Origin: Eledone cirrhosa
Taxonomy: Eukaryota
Assembly: GCA_964016885.1 (NCBI GenBank)
Contig: OZ024740.1
Coordinates: 327,298,001 to 327,362,000 of the forward strand
DNA length: 64,000 bases
Direction of reading: 5' to 3'
In this document: piece after piece, positions 1 to 12,540 of the stretch
Position numbering within the stretch: position 1 is the first letter of the stretch
Layout of the letters: each line of letters starts with the position of its first letter
The notes under the pieces: model-generated
What the model was told of the DNA's origin: nothing
What the model saw: the letters and a program-made list of their open reading frames with translations, nothing else
The model's database searches: none
Made by a program: the position numbers and the translations under genes

Positions 1-355
1 CGGGAAATGAATGTCTGCCTGAGACAAATTTAAAATATTGCTACTGCTTATATTTTTTTTTGTGTTGGCAAACGTAGTAACATTTACAATGGTGGTGTCG
101 GTGTGAGGTGTTATTTTGTGAGGAAGGCTTTCAGCTGCTTCGTGCAGAGGGGAATTAGCCATTTTGGGATAATAATAAAAGTTAAAATTTTGGGCACAAG
201 GCCCCAATCTTTTTGGGTGTCCTTTTCGGAAAACAATGTATGTGTGCTTATAAACAGTTTACAATAAAATTTTCCATAAATGGCAATTTTTAAACAAACG
301 GAAATAACAAACCTTTGCGGAGCTCACGATAATACGATTTCCTACGTAGGTCGCC

Positions 356-414
<59 letters not shown>
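356..414. repeat. (AAT)n microsatellite, 5' flank/target of the R4/Dong-like element
   Basis: Pure AAT repeat immediately upstream of the RT fragment. Confidence 0.95.
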
Positions 415-415
<1 letters not shown>

Positions 416-1588
416 TTCTGCATAGCTTTAATACCCCTTACATCCGAGCTTAATAGAACAGGGTATGGTTATAGAATTGACAACAAAAAAATAAACCACC
501 TATTTTATATGGATGATTTGAAGGTATATTGCAAAGATAATGACGAACTGGAAGGCTTTTGCGGACAGTAAAAACGTTTAGCGATGACATCAGGATGGAG
601 TTTGGACTTGACAAGTGTTCAAAAGCCACTTTCAAGACGGGGAAGCTTGTCAACTCAGACTCAGTTGAATTGGATGCTGAAACAATCATAAAGGAACTTG
701 AGCAGGAATAAACCTATAAATACTTAGGGATTAATGAGGGCTCTGGCATACAGCATGCAAGTATGAAAGAGAGGATAAGGAAATAATGTTACAGGAGAGT
801 GCGTGCAGTTCTGAGATCAGAACTAAACGCTCGTAACAAGGTGCTATCCATAAATTCCTTGGCGGTTCCAGTTGTCACTTATAGCTTCGGTGTGTTGAAC
901 TGGAATATGAGTGAAATCAAAAGAATCGACACCAAAGTCCGTAAGCTACTGACCTGTAATATGATGCATCACCCAAAAGCAGATGTGGATCGTCTTTACC
1001 TTCCAAGAACTCAAAGAGGCCGTGGCCTGATCCAATTTGAACTTGCTTACAAGACCACCATCATTGGACTGGCCAAATACCTTGAAACAACTAACGACTG
1101 TATGCTGAAACTTGTTGAAAAGCATGAGAAGTAAGAAGCTTCATTCTATCTTGAAGGACAGCAAAAATATGCTACTGATCTCATGCTTGATACCCAGGCT
1201 GGACATACTAAAGAAACTGTTGCAACTGATGCTGCTAGGCACATAAAATCACTGGCAAAAGCAAAAGGGCAAGGACAATTAGCATCAAATTAGGAGCAGA
1301 AACCTCTGCATGGCAAATATGTGGCCCGTCGCAGACAGGCTGATTATTGATTATTGAGAAGAGCACTGTCTCTGTAAGATTGATATTCCTCCTTGTATTT
1401 ACGTATGCATATGAACATGTGTATATATGTATACTGTTTTTTTTTTAAATTATAATCAATGTGCTGTATTAACTGGCTTACCAGTGCACACTGTGAATTT
1501 ATTTGCCCTAGGTGCCAGGAAGACACTTGGCATATATCTCAGAAACAATAATGAAAGAAAATAAAAATAATGATAATAATAATAATAA
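415..1588 (+). mobile_element. R4/Dong-like non-LTR retrotransposon fragment (RT and thumb), internally deleted, with 3' UTR and (AAT)n tail
   Basis: Frameshifted translation gives INHLFYMDDLKVY (RT catalytic motif), FSDDIRMEFGLDKC, YKYLG, and HPKADVDRLYLPRTQRGRGL. At ~1345 it jumps to the last codons (LRRALSL*) plus a 3' UTR ending in AAT repeats. Confidence 0.85.
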
Positions 1589-2097
1589 GCAAATAGACCT
1601 GACATCATTGTAAAATATCAACATAACAAGGTCTGTTTAGTGATAGATACAAGCATCCCATGTGATCACAATATCGCGGCAAAAGAATTTGACAAGCTAC
1701 GAAAATATAAAGATCTGCTTATTGAAATTGAGAAAATGTGGCACCTCAAGGCCTTTACAATACCAGTGATTGTGGGAGGACTGGCAATGATCAAGAAAGG
1801 AACAGAACAATATTTGCGAATGAGTCCTAGTTTACCCTCTCTGCACGAGGGGCAAAAAATTGTTTTGACTGGTATTGCACACGTATTGAGAAGAGCACTG
1901 TCTCTGTAAGATTGATATCTCTCCTTGTATGCATATGAACATGTGTATATATGCATACTGTTTTTTTTTTTAAATTATAATCAATGTACTCTATTAACTG
2001 GCTTACCAATGCACACGGGGAATTTATTTGCCCTAGGTGTCAGGAAGACACTCGGCATATATCTCAGAAACAATAATGAAAGAAAATAAAAATAATG

Positions 2098-2138
<41 letters not shown>
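1589..2138 (+). mobile_element. 5'-truncated R4/Dong-like element: restriction-like endonuclease (REL) domain, 3' UTR and (AAT)n tail
   Basis: NRPDIIVK...VIDTSIP...EFDKLRKYKDL (PD-D-K/KY REL motifs; ORF 1640-1909). 3' UTR 1884-2100 nearly identical to 1351-1580. Confidence 0.85.
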
Positions 2139-2140
<2 letters not shown>

Positions 2141-2507
2141 TGATGATGATGATGATGATGATAATACTGTTATATGGGTTTATGGGTCAAAATATTGATT
2201 TTTGGTTGTCTTTATATTTGTATATTCTTTACATTTTGTTTTCTTAGGGTTGACACTAGAACACTTAATATATAAGTCGATGACTTATTTCGGAAAATAA
2301 CCGCTGTTATTGTATGGGAATCCGACATATATCAATAATGCATCTCATTAAAAAAAATCACAAAAATCAAAAAAAAAAAAAAAAAAAATGAAATAATAAA
2401 ATGACAATCGTGCTTACAAGCACGTGGTGATATATTCACATGTTGAAGAATTTTAAAAATGGCGGAGAATTGACAGGTTCGTTAAGGCATCAGATTAAAT
2501 GCGTCTA

Positions 2508-2705
2508 CGAAGTTCGGCTGAAAGGTTCACAGGCTGATTATAAAGGAGTGATGCGAGAGATGTGGAATCTTGTATGCAATAATTTCAGCACCTCCTATTA
2601 ATAACTGCTTTGTCTCCTTCCAGGGACTCTGTTCAAAAGTATAACTCATTTGTTCATTCCATGAAAGTATCTTGGTCAACCTATGAACTTTTCAGTCGAT
2701 CCTCG
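2508..2705. mobile_element. Tc1/mariner-type MITE
   Basis: TA-flanked imperfect TIRs cgaagttcggctgaaaggttcacaggctga / tcaacctatgaacttttcagtcgatcctcg. Related copy at 5181-5376. Confidence 0.7.
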
Positions 2706-2706
2706 T

Positions 2707-2771
<65 letters not shown>

Positions 2772-2909
2772 CATACATATATATATATATATGCATTCAG
2801 TTCCTTAGAGGATTAACACCACACTCTGGATTTGAGTATATCAACGAATTGACAAGGTAAAATTTATTCCAACATTATGTCTTCCTGTTTTTTTCTGTTC
2901 AAGTTCTAA

Positions 2910-2973
2910 CTGCCTGATGAGGTCATAGCTGTTGAATAATGGTTATCACCGAAATATATACAGTATATAGCAG
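2910..2973 (+). ncRNA. Type I hammerhead ribozyme motif in a short Penelope pLTR-like fragment
   Basis: ctgc-CTGATGA-ggt catagctgtt..aatggttatc acc-GAAA-tatatacagtata-TA-gcag. Stems I, II and III can all pair. Homologous to 36841-36896. Confidence 0.75.
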
Positions 2974-3393
2974 CGAATATGAATAAACGAGGTTAATTGC
3001 AACCTGTTGACCTACACTTCTTGTTTATATATATATATATATATCATAATTCACCTGGTTGTGATGGGGTTGATTACGATGTTAGAACACAATGTGTCGG
3101 TAGAAGGATGGTTGCAGCGAGATTCGGCAGTGTGACCGGTAGTTTTTGTGGCAGGTGATCAAGGCCTACGTTATCCTTGAAGAAAATCCCTCCGGGTACA
3201 GTCATTTACATATATGTGTTTGTGTATAAAACAATATAAACAGAAGTAAGGTGTAGGTAGAGAGCTAGTTCATTGCTTTACGATCGTTTCTGAGGGTCGA
3301 TTGATCGATGGAGATCGATATATCCACTAGCATGTTAGTGGTTAAATTACTACCTATTTCTAGTCTGTGGAGGACACAAGCACAGACACACAC

Positions 3394-3476
<83 letters not shown>

Positions 3477-4504
3477 CAGTTTGGCAAACTGCACCGTGGT
3501 CAACGTTTCTTTTTCTTTTTATCAATTAGGCTTCGATAAATATAATAGCAGTTCGAGACAGGTGAGGGTTGTATTGGTGGAATTGCTAATGTGGCAAGCG
3601 GGATGTTTTGTGATATCTGATTCCCCCTGTACATTCTGAGCTCAAATTCGACCTCAATTTTCCAGGAGTTGAGACCGGTAGATAGTATCCTGTAATGGAC
3701 CATCATTTTCTATGTTTGGCCATTGGCTTCTCTTCGTTCTTAAAAAAAAATAACGAAAAAAAAACAGGTGTCAGCATTGCCACAATGAAGAGGTTTCACA
3801 GATATTCTTTTAGTGAATTATGACTTCTTATTTTGGGTCACTGCCATGCTACAGTACCACCTTCAATAGTTTATTTGATTATAGAGGGACATTCACTACT
3901 TAATCTGGTCGTTAATTTATCGTCGATCTATATTTATCGAATGACTAAGTGTTCTTTTGAGTAAAAGGAGATAATGCAACGTCTCACTGTCATATGTTAT
4001 TTATGTTCGACACACCGATGGATGTGATTTACACACACACACACATCAGATAGATATAGATAGAGATAGATACTAATAGATAGATAGATAGATATAGATA
4101 CATAGATAGAGATTATATATAATAAATGTAATCTTAGTTTTTCGAATATTAATAATAATATTCGATTCCTTTGCAATTATGCAAACAAGCCTCATTTTTA
4201 AAGCCATGTCAGTAGAATGAACCCCTCATTCTTGCTCTTGTGTTGGCATGTAAACAAAACTGCAGACACTAATGTTTCTGTGTATCACCCTTCATCAGTA
4301 CAGCTCTCTGTTCACCTGCCAGCTGTCAGAGCGAGTGAAAATATATGATATTTTCTAATATATATAGTGACTGATCGGCCTGATTTGCATATTATAGCAA
4401 ACTGGCTGATTAATCAGATCTGCATATTAGCGGATCCACTGATCAGCCAGATTTGCATATATATATATATATATATTTAGAGAGAGAGAGAGAGAAATAA
4501 ATAG

Positions 4505-4690
4505 TTGTTTCTACGTTAGGCACAAGGCCAGCAATTACCCAGTACATTACTGGTACTTTATTTCATCGACCCCGTAAGGATGAAAGGCAAAGTTAACCTT
4601 GGCGGGATTGAACTCAGAATGGCAAGGGCCGTAACTCTATACGTCAAAGCATGGCGTCCGACCCTCTACCAATACTGCCAATCCACCGCC
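4505..4690 (-). mobile_element. tRNA-derived SINE, family A
   Basis: Minus strand reads ggtggattggcagtattggtagag (A box) ... ctgagttcaatcccgcc (B box) ... tttgcctttcatccttacggggtcgat ... ggccttgtgcct. Further copies at 27618-27800 (+), 41348-41440, 43430-43545, 49690-50130, 50240-50468, 50480-50692, 53150-53300 (+), 53950-54090 and 57110-57305. Confidence 0.8.
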
Positions 4691-4762
4691 CTAAGAGAGA
4701 AATAAATAGTAATAGACAGATAGATAGGTAGAGATAGATAAGTAACTTGAGATATAGAGACT

Positions 4763-4814
<52 letters not shown>

Positions 4815-5180
4815 TATAGATATAAGACGGGTTTCTGTCTACCAAATTTCACATATATGGTAATAGAAGACACTTGCCCAGAATGATGTGCAGTGAGATC
4901 GAAAACATTTCATGGTTTTATATCCACACTAAATTCGATTAAAAAGTTTGTTTGTATCTATATACATATGCTACACGCCTTCTAAACGTAGATTTGTGAT
5001 CAATATTTACTTTTCAATCACTAAGAAAACTTATACATACAGAGTTCATATAGTATTCAATACGCTTTCGTTTATTGTTTATTATGGTTGTGTTATCATT
5101 GCAAGATTATCATAATAAAGGTAATGTTTTAATTCTTCAGTGATAAATTAATTATCAATAGAATATTAATTCATCTTATA

Positions 5181-5376
5181 CGAGTGTCGACTGAAATGTT
5201 AATGGGCTGACTATGAAGCAGTGAAGCTAGAGCTGTGAAATCTTGCATGCATTAATTGCAAGTCTTCTTATTAACAACTCCATTTTTTTTTTCGTGAACC
5301 ATGTTGAAAAATAAACCTCATTTGAACATTCCATGAGAGTATCTTGGTCAACCTATGACCTTTCAGCCGACCCACG
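5181..5376. mobile_element. Tc1/mariner-type MITE (second copy)
   Basis: TA-flanked, with TIRs and internal sequence homologous to 2508-2705. Confidence 0.7.
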
Positions 5377-6020
5377 TACTTTGTTGTTGCTACTGTTGCT
5401 CAGCCTGGGTCAACCCCAATCGTAAAAATATATAAGGAAATCCAGCCGCTATCATCTTTTCTTACTTTTTTCTTTGCCTAGGCAGTGCAGCTAAGACTAC
5501 ATTATTCCATATGTCCCAATATATTCTTCTTTTCTAAGATGATACGCTGCAATTTGAGCGAGAATTTGACTGATATTTTTAGCTCCATTTATTGGCTTCC
5601 TCGATATCTCGTTTTCCTTATGCTACGCATGCGTTAGCAAAGCAGATACCTTTCACCCAGTTTATCACATTACATTTCATTAACATCATATTTTAGTAAA
5701 ATTTGACTGCTGTTTCTTACAGTTCGAATAAAGCTCCTTGATTGCTCGACCGTACACATTAATATATATATCTAACAAAAAGCATATCTCATGCGGAAGT
5801 AATTGGCCGATTACTGTACAGCTCGCATAAACATTTCTCATAATGAACTAGTGCTGGACATGGACTGAAGAAACTGCTTTTCTAAGTGAGATTACGTTGT
5901 GATTGTTGTCGTTCTTGTTTAGCTGTAAGATTCATATTAAAAAAAAGTTAACCTCCCCAGTTTTTTCAAACCTTATTGCCTCAGGGATCACATTTTCCAA
6001 TGGGTGTTTATATTTTCATT

Positions 6021-6212
6021 AAGTAATTTTATGGAGATTTGGTTGCTAATTCTAGCAGACTGAGCAACCACGTAGAAGGCCCTTTGTTGAATCTAGTGGC
6101 AATTTATATTATTATGAAGCAATTTATTGGAGATTTGGCTGCTAATTCTAACAGAGAGAACAACCATGTAGAAGCCTTCTCGTTGGATGGAGTGGCGATT
6201 TATATTACTACC
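6021..6212 (+). repeat. Diverged tandem duplication (~97 bp x2) of an interspersed repeat
   Basis: ggagatttgg(t/c)tgctaattcta...aacca(c/t)gtagaag occurs twice. Confidence 0.6.
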
Positions 6213-7212
6213 AAGACACTATATATTAAGGAAATAATTGCAAAAGTAATAAGCGGGTTTTAGATCCTTTAACATTCTGTATTTCTATCTTGAAATATAT
6301 TCCATTAAGCTGGAAACTAATTCTATTTTATGTGGCTTTGTGGTGATAATTTGTTTGAATATGTGCAACGACCTTCTGCGTCATTACTTGACCTGTTAGA
6401 AGCAGCAACTAAAGCTCTCTCAATTAATCACAACATACCACTTTACACAATGAAGGAGTTCAATAGAAGAGGTAGGCCTTCATTATATCAAAAAGGCGCC
6501 GTGATCACCTTTGGAATGTCTTTCATTGTAAGCATTCTCGATCAGAATTAACCTAGGATTAAAAAACAACATAAACAAGTTTGTTTAAACATATTTTCAT
6601 ATAATGGAACCATCTGTTCGAATAGTAGTGGTTCACATCACGTTGGTCACCATGGTAGCCTCAGGATTTAATCAAAACATAAACTGAATGATAACGTTCA
6701 CAGTCTCTTTGTTTTGCTGTTCAATAGTCAATAGGTTCAGCAGATGTTACCATCAAGAAATGAGTGGGTGTTTTCTTTATACTTTTTATTTCTTCTGTAA
6801 GAATGGAATCCCGACACTCATCATATATACGATAACCTAAATATGTTGTTTACCAGGTTATGTATTTAGTCCTCCCCTTCACTTACGTTTTGCTCTCTCT
6901 CTCTCTTTCTCTGTCTCTCACTTTCTATACACACACACAGATATATATGTATATGTGCGTGTGTGTATAAACACACGTATATCAGGATAGTATCAGTTTA
7001 AAGCTAGTTAGACCATTACTCAACAGAATACTCGATACTTGGGGCATATATATAATAAAATAAGATGCTGAGGTTACAAACGATATATGTAACCTCAGCA
7101 TCTTATTTTATTATTTTTATAAAATGCTCCATCGTAACTATTGTTGAGAGCTTTTTCCTGCTTACTACTGTTTTACCAAAACAATCTTTTCCAAACACAA
7201 TATATATATATA

Positions 7213-7410
7213 GGCGTGTGGCAGAGTGGTTAGACAATTGGATTCACAATCTTGAGGTTGTGAGTTCGATTCCTGAACCGGGCGATGCGTTATGTCCTTG
7301 AGCAAGACACTTTATTTCACGTTGCTCCTTCTACCTGGAGTTGCGACCGATAGATAGTAATAGCAATTGGAAAGACCAACGGAAACATTGTTTCCTAGGT
7401 CCGATTTGAC
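7213..7410 (+). mobile_element. tRNA-derived SINE, family B (CORE-like central box)
   Basis: A box tggcagagtggtt, B box gagttcgattcc, then tgtccttgagcaagacactttatttcac. Related copies at 8030-8340 (+), 13540-13815 (-), 14125-14290 (+) and 4830-4900 (-). Confidence 0.75.
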
Positions 7411-7590
7411 GAAAGTCGATCGATCCAAAAAATATATATATATATATATGATAAAACCACATCTGTATAAATACAGAGTATTTAACCGATACTACACAAA
7501 AGTGTATAAATAAGAACAATATTAATATGTACGCATGTTAATATGCCAGAAAATGCGAATTTCCCTGTAAATTGAAAAAATGACAAACAA

Positions 7591-7633
7591 CTTTAATCGA
7601 TTTTCGGATCTTATTGGACCCTCATCAGAAGAC
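7591..7633 (-). ncRNA. Minimal type I hammerhead ribozyme
   Basis: Minus strand: ctt-CTGATGA-gggtc caataa gatcc-GAAA-atcgat-TA-aag. Palindromic stem III AATCGATT is typical of dimer-acting minimal hammerheads. Confidence 0.7.
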
Positions 7634-8029
7634 GTGTTTATCATCCATTCAACCACAAGGAAACATCTATTTCATGGGTATATATACCCATTAGCTCTTA
7701 GTATTTTTCTTGCTGATGGTAGTTTGGGTGATGGTGTTGGTAATGGTGTTGTTAGTAATGGACATACTAATTATATGAAAATTGGACCCCTTATGCAATA
7801 TGTTAAGCCGTCTTTAGTTGACGCTTAATTACCACGAGTCTATATGCTGAAGAGAACTTGAAATATGTGATCTCTAGAAATGTAATTCGTAAATGATTTG
7901 GAAATACAAGTGTCTAATTCAAGTGACAGAATGTAGGGAAAATTAAACAAAGAAGAAATAACGGGCAATAAACGAACCTAAATGGATAGGAGATAATATC
8001 TTTGCATGTTTTACTTTCATTTAAATGAA

Positions 8030-8340
8030 AGCGCATGACTTACTGGTTAAAGCGTTAGGCTTGCAATCGGGACATTGGTGGTTCGATTCTCGGATCGAGT
8101 GATGCGTTGTATCCTTGAGCAAGATATTTTATTTCATGCTGCTCCATGTTTCTCAGCTATAGATTTACGACGTTACTGGTGCCAAGTTTTATCGGCCATT
8201 GCCTTTCCCTTGATCAACATCGGCGGCTGGGAGCCTGATTTGCATGGGTGACTGCTTGTCTTCCACAAAAGCCTTGCCCGGTCTTTTGCCTCGGAGGGGA
8301 ACTTTCAAGGTCATTCATGACCGAAGGTGGTCTTTACTTT
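8030..8340 (+). mobile_element. tRNA-derived SINE, family B
   Basis: A/B boxes (tactggttaaagcg; ggttcgattct) followed by gtatccttgagcaagatatttt. Confidence 0.65.
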
Positions 8341-8610
8341 CATTTAAATCTGTGTTTTTATTATATGGTTGAATTTGGTTAATCATTTTCGCAATTAAAT
8401 GATGATGTATACTAGTCATTTTAAGCTGGTATCTACATTGGCAATGGGACAACTATAAAAATAGTGGAAAATTATTCTATTTCCTACAGGAAAGAACTTT
8501 TTAATAGAAATCAAATATTGTTTTGTTACACCGGATATACATTCATTAAAAAGTCTGAACCATTTACAGCTACGTTATATATATATATATATATATACAT
8601 ACACACACAC

Positions 8611-8666
<56 letters not shown>

Positions 8667-9371
8667 TATAAATATATATATATGTATATATATATATATA
8701 CATATATATATATGTATGTACATACATATATATATATAGATAGATATATGCATATATACATATGTGTATATACACATATATATATATACATACATATATG
8801 TATTTACATATATATCTATATCTATAAAAAAAAAAAAATGTCTGTCTGTCTGTGTGTGTCTGTTCCGCAGCAACTTTTGATCCGCAAGACCGATTTTCAA
8901 ATTTCTTTTTGTAATCAACCACAAATTCATCAGGGCAGGTCGACTCCCCTTTGTCCAGGTAAAACATCGATAACACTGACTATAGGTACGACTTTGCACA
9001 GAAAAAAATCTCTATATCTATAAACATGAAAAAGAAAGAGTGAGAGTGAAAGAAACAGACAGACTAAAAGAGGGGTATAGCGGGAGAGAGAGAGAGAGCG
9101 ACAGACGCTGTGTTTGATACATGGCAGTGGAAGAGGGGAAAGAAAGCTATAACTAATTAACAAGTGTGCGTATGTGTGTGCGTGCGCGTGTGTGTGTGTG
9201 TGTGTTCGTGCAGCGTTCCAGAGTTAAATCTATTAACATGTGTGCATGCACACGTGCGTGCGTGAGTTTGCGTACGTTTGAGCGTTTGCGTACGTGAGTG
9301 TGTGTGTGTGTGTACGTGCGTGTGGCGTTTCACTTACGCCATTTTTTTCAGTGACAATAGTTGTTGAAGAC

Positions 9372-11828
9372 TCCCCCATGCTCACATTCTTATTTCGTTG
9401 TCGACAAAAATCAGAGCAGACGACATCGACAAGATTATATCGGCAGAGCTTCCAAACCCGCAAACTGACAAAACCCTATTTGACAGGGTTACGGCGCACA
9501 TGGTTGACGGTCCTTGTGGACGTGGCTTCAAATCTCACTCCCCGTGTTTGAACAACGGTATTTGCTCCAAAAAATACCCGAAAACCTTCCTTCGCGAAAC
9601 TCAAACTACTGATTACGGATACCCATCATACAAGCAAAGAAGCCCTGAGGACGGAGGATTAACAGCACTGGTTGGAAAACATGAAATTGACAACCGATGG
9701 ATTGTACCGTACTGCCCATTACTACTCAAGGCGTTCAACTCCCACATAAATGTTGAATGGTGCAATTCTATTAAATCGATCAAATATGTCTGCAAGTATA
9801 TAAATAAGGGCCCGGATGTCGCCATGTTCGGACTTAAAGAAGAAAACAAACGGGATGAAGTTGCACAGAACCAATCAGCACGGTATATAAGTACCAGCGA
9901 GGCCTTTTGGCGAATTTACCGTTTCTCAATGCACAGAAGATACCCTGCCGTCCAACACCTTGCTGTGCACCTGGAAAACGGCCAAAGAGTGTACTATACA
10001 AAACAAACAGCTTTTCTGAACAACCAAGGAACAGAACACTTACTGCATTATTTCAACTATGTCAAGGCGACGCATTTGCTCGCACTTTGCGTGGACTACT
10101 GGAAGATGGTGCTCAGTGGGATGCCACTTTGGCAGAAGTAGTTGTTTCACAAATGCCACACAGCCTTAGGAAGCTTTTTGCTGTCTTACTGTACATTTGT
10201 GAATTGCCGGCCCTTCCTTCTTGTGGCTCAAGTACAGAGATGACCTCTCTGAGGACTTCAGACATCAAGCACAATTACAACTTCCTGACATGGAAGTAGG
10301 CTTCACAGATGAAATCTACAACAAAGCACTTATTGAAATTGAAAATATGATTGCTGCAATGGGTGGGAATGCACTGCAGACATATGGCCTGCCCCAAACC
10401 AACAGAACAGGCTCCGACGTCATTTCCGCAGAAATACTTCGGGAACTATCCTACGACACTGACAGCTTGGCTACATATGTCACTGAACATGAACCAATGC
10501 TGCTGCAGGAACAGGAACGAGCATATAACACTATTGCTGACTGTGTCCACCGTTGTACGGGTGGAATCTTTTTCTTGGACGCCCCTGGAGGCACAAGGAA
10601 GACTTTTGTCATACGGCTTCTCCTTGCCAAGGTTCGACAACACAGACTCATAGCACTTGCTGTTGCGTCTTCCCGTATTGCAGCAACCTTGCTTCCTAGG
10701 GGCAGACCAGCACATTCAGCCTCAAACTCCCCCTCAATATGACAGCAAATGACACACCCTGCTGTAATTTACCAAATGATCAGAAAAGGCAGAACTGCTT
10801 AAAAGGTGTGAACTTATAGTTTGGGACGAATGTACCATAGCTCATAAAGGAGTTTTGGAGGCACTGGACCGGACTTTAAGAGACATAAGAGACTCCCAGG
10901 ATCCCATGGGAGGTGTGACTGTCCTTTTATCCGGAGATTTTAGACAAACCCTCCATGTTATTCCCAAAGGAACAAGGACTGATGCTATTCGAGCATGCTT
11001 AAAGTCATCTCCGCTTTGGCGTTATGTCACAACATGAGAGCTCGGATGCTTGGTGACCAAGTGTCATCAGATTTTGCTACCCAGTTATTGACACTTGGGA
11101 ACGGCAAAGTGCCACTTGATGAAGATGAAAAAATCTCCCTCGAACCGGTCTGCACTTTAGTCGACAGTGCTGACGACTTGACAGATGCAGTATTCTCTGA
11201 GTTGAGCACTAACTACCAAAATCCAAACTGGGTGTGCGAAAGGGCAATATTGGCTTCGAAAAATCAGACTGTCGACAAAATCAACGGACAACTGCTTAAG
11301 TCTCTTCCTACAGCTTCGTTTACATACAAGTCCATCGATACAGTCACAGACCCCATTAACTACCCAATTGAGTTTCTTAACTCAATGAAAACCCCCCCCC
11401 CCCCGGGTTGCCATCACATCGATTGGAACTTAAGCAAGGATGCCCAATTATGCTTTTGAGGAATCTACACCCATCAAAACTCTGCAACGGCACCCGCCTT
11501 ACAGTAAATAAACTAACGCAAAACTTGATCGAGGCGACGATTCTCTCGGGGTGTGGAAAGGGGGAAAATGTTTTTATCCCAAGGATTCCCATCAGAGATC
11601 CCCTTTTCATTTAGGAGGCTCCAGTTTCCAGTTCGTTGTAGTTTCGCTATGACGATAAATAAGTCTCAGGGGCAAACATTGTCCATCGCGGGAATAAACC
11701 TAGAAGAGCCATGCTTTTCGCACGGTCAGCTATACGTTGGATGTTCCAGAGGGGGAAGCAAAAGAAACCTTTATGCATTTGCTCCAAACGGTAAAACCAC
11801 AAACATTGTGTACTAAGAAGTTCTGTAA
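9372..11828 (+). pseudogene. Helitron Rep-helicase (HUH endonuclease + Pif1-family helicase), frameshifted
   Basis: HUH motif PHAHIL (~9375), IKYVCKYINKG (Y2 motif) and LAVHLENGQRVY. Pif1 motifs FFLDAPGGTxKTF, [51 protein letters not shown] and FSHGQLYVGCSR, ending NIVY*EVL*. Confidence 0.93.
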
Positions 11829-12019
11829 TCAACACTGCAACACAAACCGTCTTCTAACAATCAAATACCTCGCTGCTTTCAATAATTACCAAATTGTAGA
11901 CATACTGCCTTTTTGAAATTCATAAAACCATACTTTTCGACTGTAAACGTTGTGACCACTTTGAGCTGCACAGTATTGAAATGCACGTTCCCCTCTGGTT
12001 GGTTGAGCCAGTTTTCCAT

Positions 12020-12540
12020 GGATTCGCCAGCGCGTGCAACAGACCTTGATTCACATGTCTTTGCTGCCGCAGTTGACACTGTGTTTCGGTTGATACAGCT
12101 CAAACAGCAGACGTTGACTCATAGTTCTTTGCTGCCGCAGTGGACGCTGTGTTTCGATTGATCCAGCTCGAGCTGCGGAAGTTGACTCCCATTTCTTTAC
12201 TGCCGCAGTTGACGCTTTGTTTCGGTTGATGTAGCTCGAGCTGCGGAAGTTACCTCAGCATTTCTATGCCGCCGTAATGAACGCTGTGGTTCGTTCCCTG
12301 CATCTCCTTCAATAAACGTTGCCTCAATATTTGTTTTCTGTCGCAGTGAGGGTTGAGAATCGTTTTCTGTACGTCAAGCAGCAGCAGTTGCCTCAGCATT
12401 TATTTGCTGTCGCATCGAACGTTGTGTTTCGTTTTCTGCATCTCGTGCAATAGAAGTTGCTTCAGCATTTTTCTTTTGGCGTAATAATCGCTATTCGTTA
12501 TTCTCTGTTACTTTTGCAATCGAGGTTGGTGCAGAATTTG
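12020..12540 (-). pseudogene. Decayed ORF of ~7 tandem 23-aa (69-bp) STPR-like repeats inside the Helitron
   Basis: Minus-strand translation NAEATSIARDAENETQRSMRQQI / NAEATAAA*RTENDSQPSLRQKT / NIEATFIEGDAGNEPQRSLRRHR / NAEVTSAARATSTETKRQLRQ*R. Period is 23 aa. Confidence 0.65.

Noticed and set aside
7213-7290. tRNA gene-like A/B boxes (also in family A SINEs)
   Set aside because: No clean cloverleaf or acceptor stem, and followed by SINE body sequence. These are SINE heads.
8464-9023. Long YI/IY/HT/CV-rich ORFs here and throughout the window (e.g. 37024-37688, 55580-56145, 62377-62955)
   Set aside because: Translations of (TA)n, (CA)n and (CATA)n microsatellites, which lack stop codons. Not genes.
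9398-11816. Host PIF1 helicase gene
   Set aside because: Fused to an HUH Rep domain, intronless, frameshifted and bounded by Helitron termini.
11820-11880. Minus-strand DGLCCS resembling the Helitron N-terminal zinc-binding motif
   Set aside because: Short match overlapping the helicase stop region, with upstream cysteines missing. Cannot be distinguished from chance.
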